From Herbaspirillum sp. meg3 (lineage in GTDB: Bacteria; Pseudomonadota; Gammaproteobacteria; Burkholderiales; Burkholderiaceae_D): 64,000 nucleotides of DNA. Both the position numbers and the translations under genes were made by a program. Positions 59,861 through 64,000 of this stretch are shown here, piece by piece. The stretch's first letter is position 1, and the number at the start of each line of letters is the position of its first letter. The notes beneath the pieces were generated by a model. That model saw only the letters and a program-made list of their open reading frames with translations, did not search any database and was not told where the DNA came from. The stretch is taken from positions 2,100,284 through 2,164,283 of the forward strand of contig NZ_CP022736.1 of assembly GCF_002257565.1 (NCBI RefSeq), in the 5' to 3' direction.

Positions 59861-61870
59861 TTACGCGACTAGTTGTTCCAACGCTTCCTGCTGGCTCAGC
59901 CAATCCTCTTCAAGTTGCCCCAATTCCTTGGTGCAATAGGCCTGGTCGGCGATCAATTTCTTCAGTTCTTCCTTGTTGGCGGCGTCGTAGATATCCGGCG
60001 CGGCCAGGCGGGCGTCGATGGCGGCCTTCTTTTCATTGCATTTGGCGATCTGTTCTTCCAGGCGCTTGATGCGCGACTCGATCGGTTTTTTCAAGCCGGC
60101 CAGACGCTGACGTTCTTCGGCGTCGAGACGCTTTTGTTCGCGTCGATCGCCGACAGGCGCTGCAACCGGTTCAGGTGCTTTTTGTTCGACTTTAAGTTCG
60201 GCTTTCGGCTTGGCGGCCGCAGCTTGCGCCGCCTCCGCTGCACTGTTCTTAGCGGCCAGTTTGGTCTTGAACAACCAGTCGCGGTAGTCGTCGAGGTCGC
60301 CGTCGAACGGCTGCAACTTGCCGTCTGCAACGATCAGGAATTGATCCGTGGTGGCGCGTAGCAGATGGCGATCATGGGATACCAGTACCAGCGTGCCTTC
60401 GAACTGCGCCAATGCCATGGTTAGTGCTTCGCGGGTTTCCAGATCCAGGTGATTGGTTGGTTCATCGAGCAGCAACAGGTTAGGGCGTTGCCAGACAATC
60501 AGTGCCAGCGCCAGACGGGCTTTTTCACCGCCGGAGAAAGGGGCGATGCTGGACGATGCCATGGTGCCGTTGAAGTTGAAGCTGCCGAGGAAGTTGCGCA
60601 GTTCTTGCTCACGCACGTCCGGCGCGATACGGGCCAGATGCCATAGCGGCGACTCGTCGTGACGCAGCATTTCAACCTGGTGCTGGGCAAAGTAGCCGAT
60701 CACCAGGCCTTTGCCGAACTGCGCGGTGCCGGCGATTGGATCAAGCTCGTTGGCGATGGTTTTGATCAGCGTCGATTTACCGGCGCCATTGACGCCGAGC
60801 AGGCCGATACGCTGTCCGGTCTGCAACGAAAAATCAATACCGCCGACGATGATCTTTTCGCTGATGGCATAAGTGTCAGGATCTTCAATGCGATAACCGG
60901 CGTTGACTTTTTCCATGACCAGCAGCGGATTCGGCGCCGACAGCGGTTCGCGGAATTCGAATGAAAACTCAGCCGCCGCGCGCAACGGCGCCAGCTCTTC
61001 CATCTTCGCCAGTGCCTTCATGCGGCTCTGCGCCTGTCTGGCCTTGCTGGCCTTGGCCTTGAAGCGGTCAATGAAGGAATGCAAGTGTGCACGCTGGCGC
61101 ATCTGCTTTTCGATCATGCCGGCCGCGAGTTCGAGCTGGGCTGCGCGTTGACGTTCAAATGCAGAGTAATTGCCGGAATAGCGCTTGAGCTTGCGGTCGT
61201 CGATATGCACGATCACATTGACCACGCCGTCGAGGAAGTCGCGATCATGGGAAATGATGATCAGCGTACCGGCATAACGCTTGAGCCAGTCTTCCAGCCA
61301 GATGATGGCGTCCAGATCCAGGTGATTGGTCGGTTCATCGAGCAGCAGCAAGTCGGACGGGCACATCAGCGCCTGTGCCAGATTCAGGCGCATGCGCCAG
61401 CCTCCGGAGAAGCTCGCCACCGGGCGCTCCATTTGTTCCAGCGTAAAGCCCAGGCCGATCAGCAACTGTTCGGCGCGCGAGCGTACGGTATAGACGTCGG
61501 CATCTGCCAGCGCGCCATACAACTCGGCGATGTGAGTGCCGTTTTCAGCGCTTTCGGGTTCAGCTTCCGCGGCCGCCAACTGTGCTTCCAGGCGGCGCAA
61601 GGTAACGTCGCCGTCAATGGCGTATTCAACGGCAGGGCGATCGAGCGCAGGGGTTTCCTGAGCAACGTAGGCCACGCGCCATTTCGTTGGATAGTCGATG
61701 TTGCCCTGATCGGCGTGCAGTTCGCCGCGCAGCATGGCGAACAGGCTGGATTTGCCGGCGCCATTGGCGCCGATGAGGCCGATCTTGTCGCCCGGGTTGA
61801 GCGTGAGGTCGACATTCTCCAGCAGCGGCTTGACGCCGCGGGCCAGGGAAACTTGCTGAAAACGAATCAT
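59861..61870 (-). CDS. ABC-F family ATPase (two ABC domains, C-terminal coiled coil; Uup/YheS-like)
   Basis: Duplicated Walker A/signature/Walker B, inter-domain Arg/Lys-rich linker, C-terminal coiled-coil. Confidence 0.9.
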   Translation of the reverse strand: MIRFQQVSLARGVKPLLENVDLTLNPGDKIGLIGANGAGKSSLFAMLRGELHADQGNIDYPTKWRVAYVAQETPALDRPAVEYAIDGDVTLRRLEAQLAAAEAEPESAENGTHIAELYGALADADVYTVRSRAEQLLIGLGFTLEQMERPVASFSGGWRMRLNLAQALMCPSDLLLLDEPTNHLDLDAIIWLEDWLKRYAGTLIIISHDRDFLDGVVNVIVHIDDRKLKRYSGNYSAFERQRAAQLELAAGMIEKQMRQRAHLHSFIDRFKAKASKARQAQSRMKALAKMEELAPLRAAAEFSFEFREPLSAPNPLLVMEKVNAGYRIEDPDTYAISEKIIVGGIDFSLQTGQRIGLLGVNGAGKSTLIKTIANELDPIAGTAQFGKGLVIGYFAQHQVEMLRHDESPLWHLARIAPDVREQELRNFLGSFNFNGTMASSSIAPFSGGEKARLALALIVWQRPNLLLLDEPTNHLDLETREALTMALAQFEGTLVLVSHDRHLLRATTDQFLIVADGKLQPFDGDLDDYRDWLFKTKLAAKNSAAEAAQAAAAKPKAELKVEQKAPEPVAAPVGDRREQKRLDAEERQRLAGLKKPIESRIKRLEEQIAKCNEKKAAIDARLAAPDIYDAANKEELKKLIADQAYCTKELGQLEEDWLSQQEALEQLVA

Positions 61871-61953
61871 CGTGGAACTGCAATCAAAGAAGAAAAAATC
61901 AGGTTAAAGCGGAACAGCCGCGAAACAGAAAAAGAGAAAAACGACGCTTGCAA

Positions 61954-62847
61954 TTACGCCAGGTGCTGCAATTGGTCTGCGGTCAACAGGAACACCATAT
62001 CGTCGCCGGCGCTGGTTGTGACCCATGTCAGTTCCAGTTCCGGGAAAGCGGCTTCCGCATAGGCGCGTTCATTGCCTATCTCGACGATCAGCACGCCATT
62101 CGGCGTCAGGCGTTGTGCCGCACCCTTGACGATCTTGCGCACCAGGTCCATGCCGTCCTTGCCGCCGGCCAGCGCGATTTGCGGCTCTTGCAGGTATTCC
62201 TTCGGCAGCTTGCTCATCGAGTCTGAATTGACGTACGGGGGATTGCTGATAATCAGGTCGTACTTGCGTGCAGGAAGCTTGGTGTACAGATCCGATTCGA
62301 CCAGGTTGATGCGATCGCCCAGTTCGTAGTCGTCGACGTTGCGACGCGCCACTTGCAGGGCTTCCGCCGAGATGTCGACGGCATCGACCTGCGCCTGCGG
62401 GAAGGCGTCCGCCAGCAGAATCGGCAAGCAACCGGAGCCGGTGCAGACGTCCAGAATGTTGGCGACTTGCGCCGGGTCTTGCACCCATGGCGAGAAGTGT
62501 TCGGGAATCAGTTCCGCGATGAAAGAGCGAGGCACGATGACGCGTTCATCCACAAAGAAACGATAGCCGCCCAGCCACGCTTCATTGGTGATGTAGGCGG
62601 CCGGAACACGGTCTTCCGTGCGGCGCATGATGACGCGCAGCAGATTATCAATCTCGCCTTGCAGCAGGCGCGCATCGAGGAATGGTTCCAGTTGATCCAG
62701 CGGTAGCTTGAGCGTGTGCAGGATCAGGTAGGCGGCTTCGTCGAAGGCATTGTTGGTGCCGTGGCCGAAGAACAGTTTTTCAGTATTGAAGCTCGTGATG
62801 GCGTAGCGCAGGATGTCGCGCACGGTAGCGAAATTGTTTGGCGTCAT
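61954..62847 (-). CDS. prmB: ribosomal protein L3 glutamine methyltransferase (HemK family)
   Basis: …IISNPPYV… methyltransferase motif; PrmB-like N-terminus. Confidence 0.7.
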   Translation of the reverse strand: MTPNNFATVRDILRYAITSFNTEKLFFGHGTNNAFDEAAYLILHTLKLPLDQLEPFLDARLLQGEIDNLLRVIMRRTEDRVPAAYITNEAWLGGYRFFVDERVIVPRSFIAELIPEHFSPWVQDPAQVANILDVCTGSGCLPILLADAFPQAQVDAVDISAEALQVARRNVDDYELGDRINLVESDLYTKLPARKYDLIISNPPYVNSDSMSKLPKEYLQEPQIALAGGKDGMDLVRKIVKGAAQRLTPNGVLIVEIGNERAYAEAAFPELELTWVTTSAGDDMVFLLTADQLQHLA

Positions 62848-62921
62848 GATCGATATTCTCGGTCTGTACATGGATTAGGTCCTGCTCGGTTTGGTTTGCA
62901 GCTGCAGCGGCAAAGTACTTG

Positions 62922-64000
<1,079 letters not shown>

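Overview
High-GC betaproteobacterial chromosome segment (gene content resembles Burkholderiales/Oxalobacteraceae) carrying a ~31.5-kb visibly lower-GC integrative island (GC judged by eye, not computed).

Left core flank (1-10.7 kb): porin 3' end, a methyl-accepting chemotaxis protein, an IclR regulator, and a Dpp-like peptide ABC transporter (SBP, two permeases, two ATPases) with a CocE/NonD-family hydrolase gene between the SBP and permease genes.

Island (about 10.87/11.05 kb to 42.55 kb) is inserted at the 3' end of tRNA-Ser(GCU) (42539-42632, minus strand). Two short copies of the tRNA 3' end sit at the distal boundary (10870-10884 and 11045-11058). Near-identical tandem GTTTG(A/C)TAGTTG repeats occur just inside both island ends, consistent with integrase arm-type sites. 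Island gene content:
- P4-type integrase, AlpA-like regulator, several hypotheticals, and a DUF4238-like protein.
- A candidate defence cluster: membrane protein, UDG-superfamily protein, OLD-family ABC-ATPase+Toprim nuclease, and a two-domain PD-(D/E)xK (Mrr-like) protein.
- A module flanked by ~100-bp imperfect direct repeats (23.12 and 29.77 kb): small TM protein, 974-aa CHAT-domain (caspase-like) protease, secreted protein, TM protein.
- An SPFH(COG4260)+5x zinc-ribbon protein, a membrane protein, a 709-aa zinc-ribbon/TM/coiled-coil/TPR protein and an HNH protein.
- A second tyrosine recombinase with a tightly coupled small gene.
- Dienelactone-hydrolase-like and secreted proteins, an XRE regulator, and a stand-alone C39-like peptidase-domain protein.

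Right core flank (42.7-64 kb): lysC, DUF4148, LysR, thioredoxin-like, tsaB-rimI-udg(family 4), DUF1853-like, lipoprotein, lplT, alr, radA, secreted protein, EnvZ/OmpR-like two-component pair, polar amino-acid ABC components, ABC-F ATPase, prmB, dapE (partial).

No CRISPR array, rRNA or transposase was seen.
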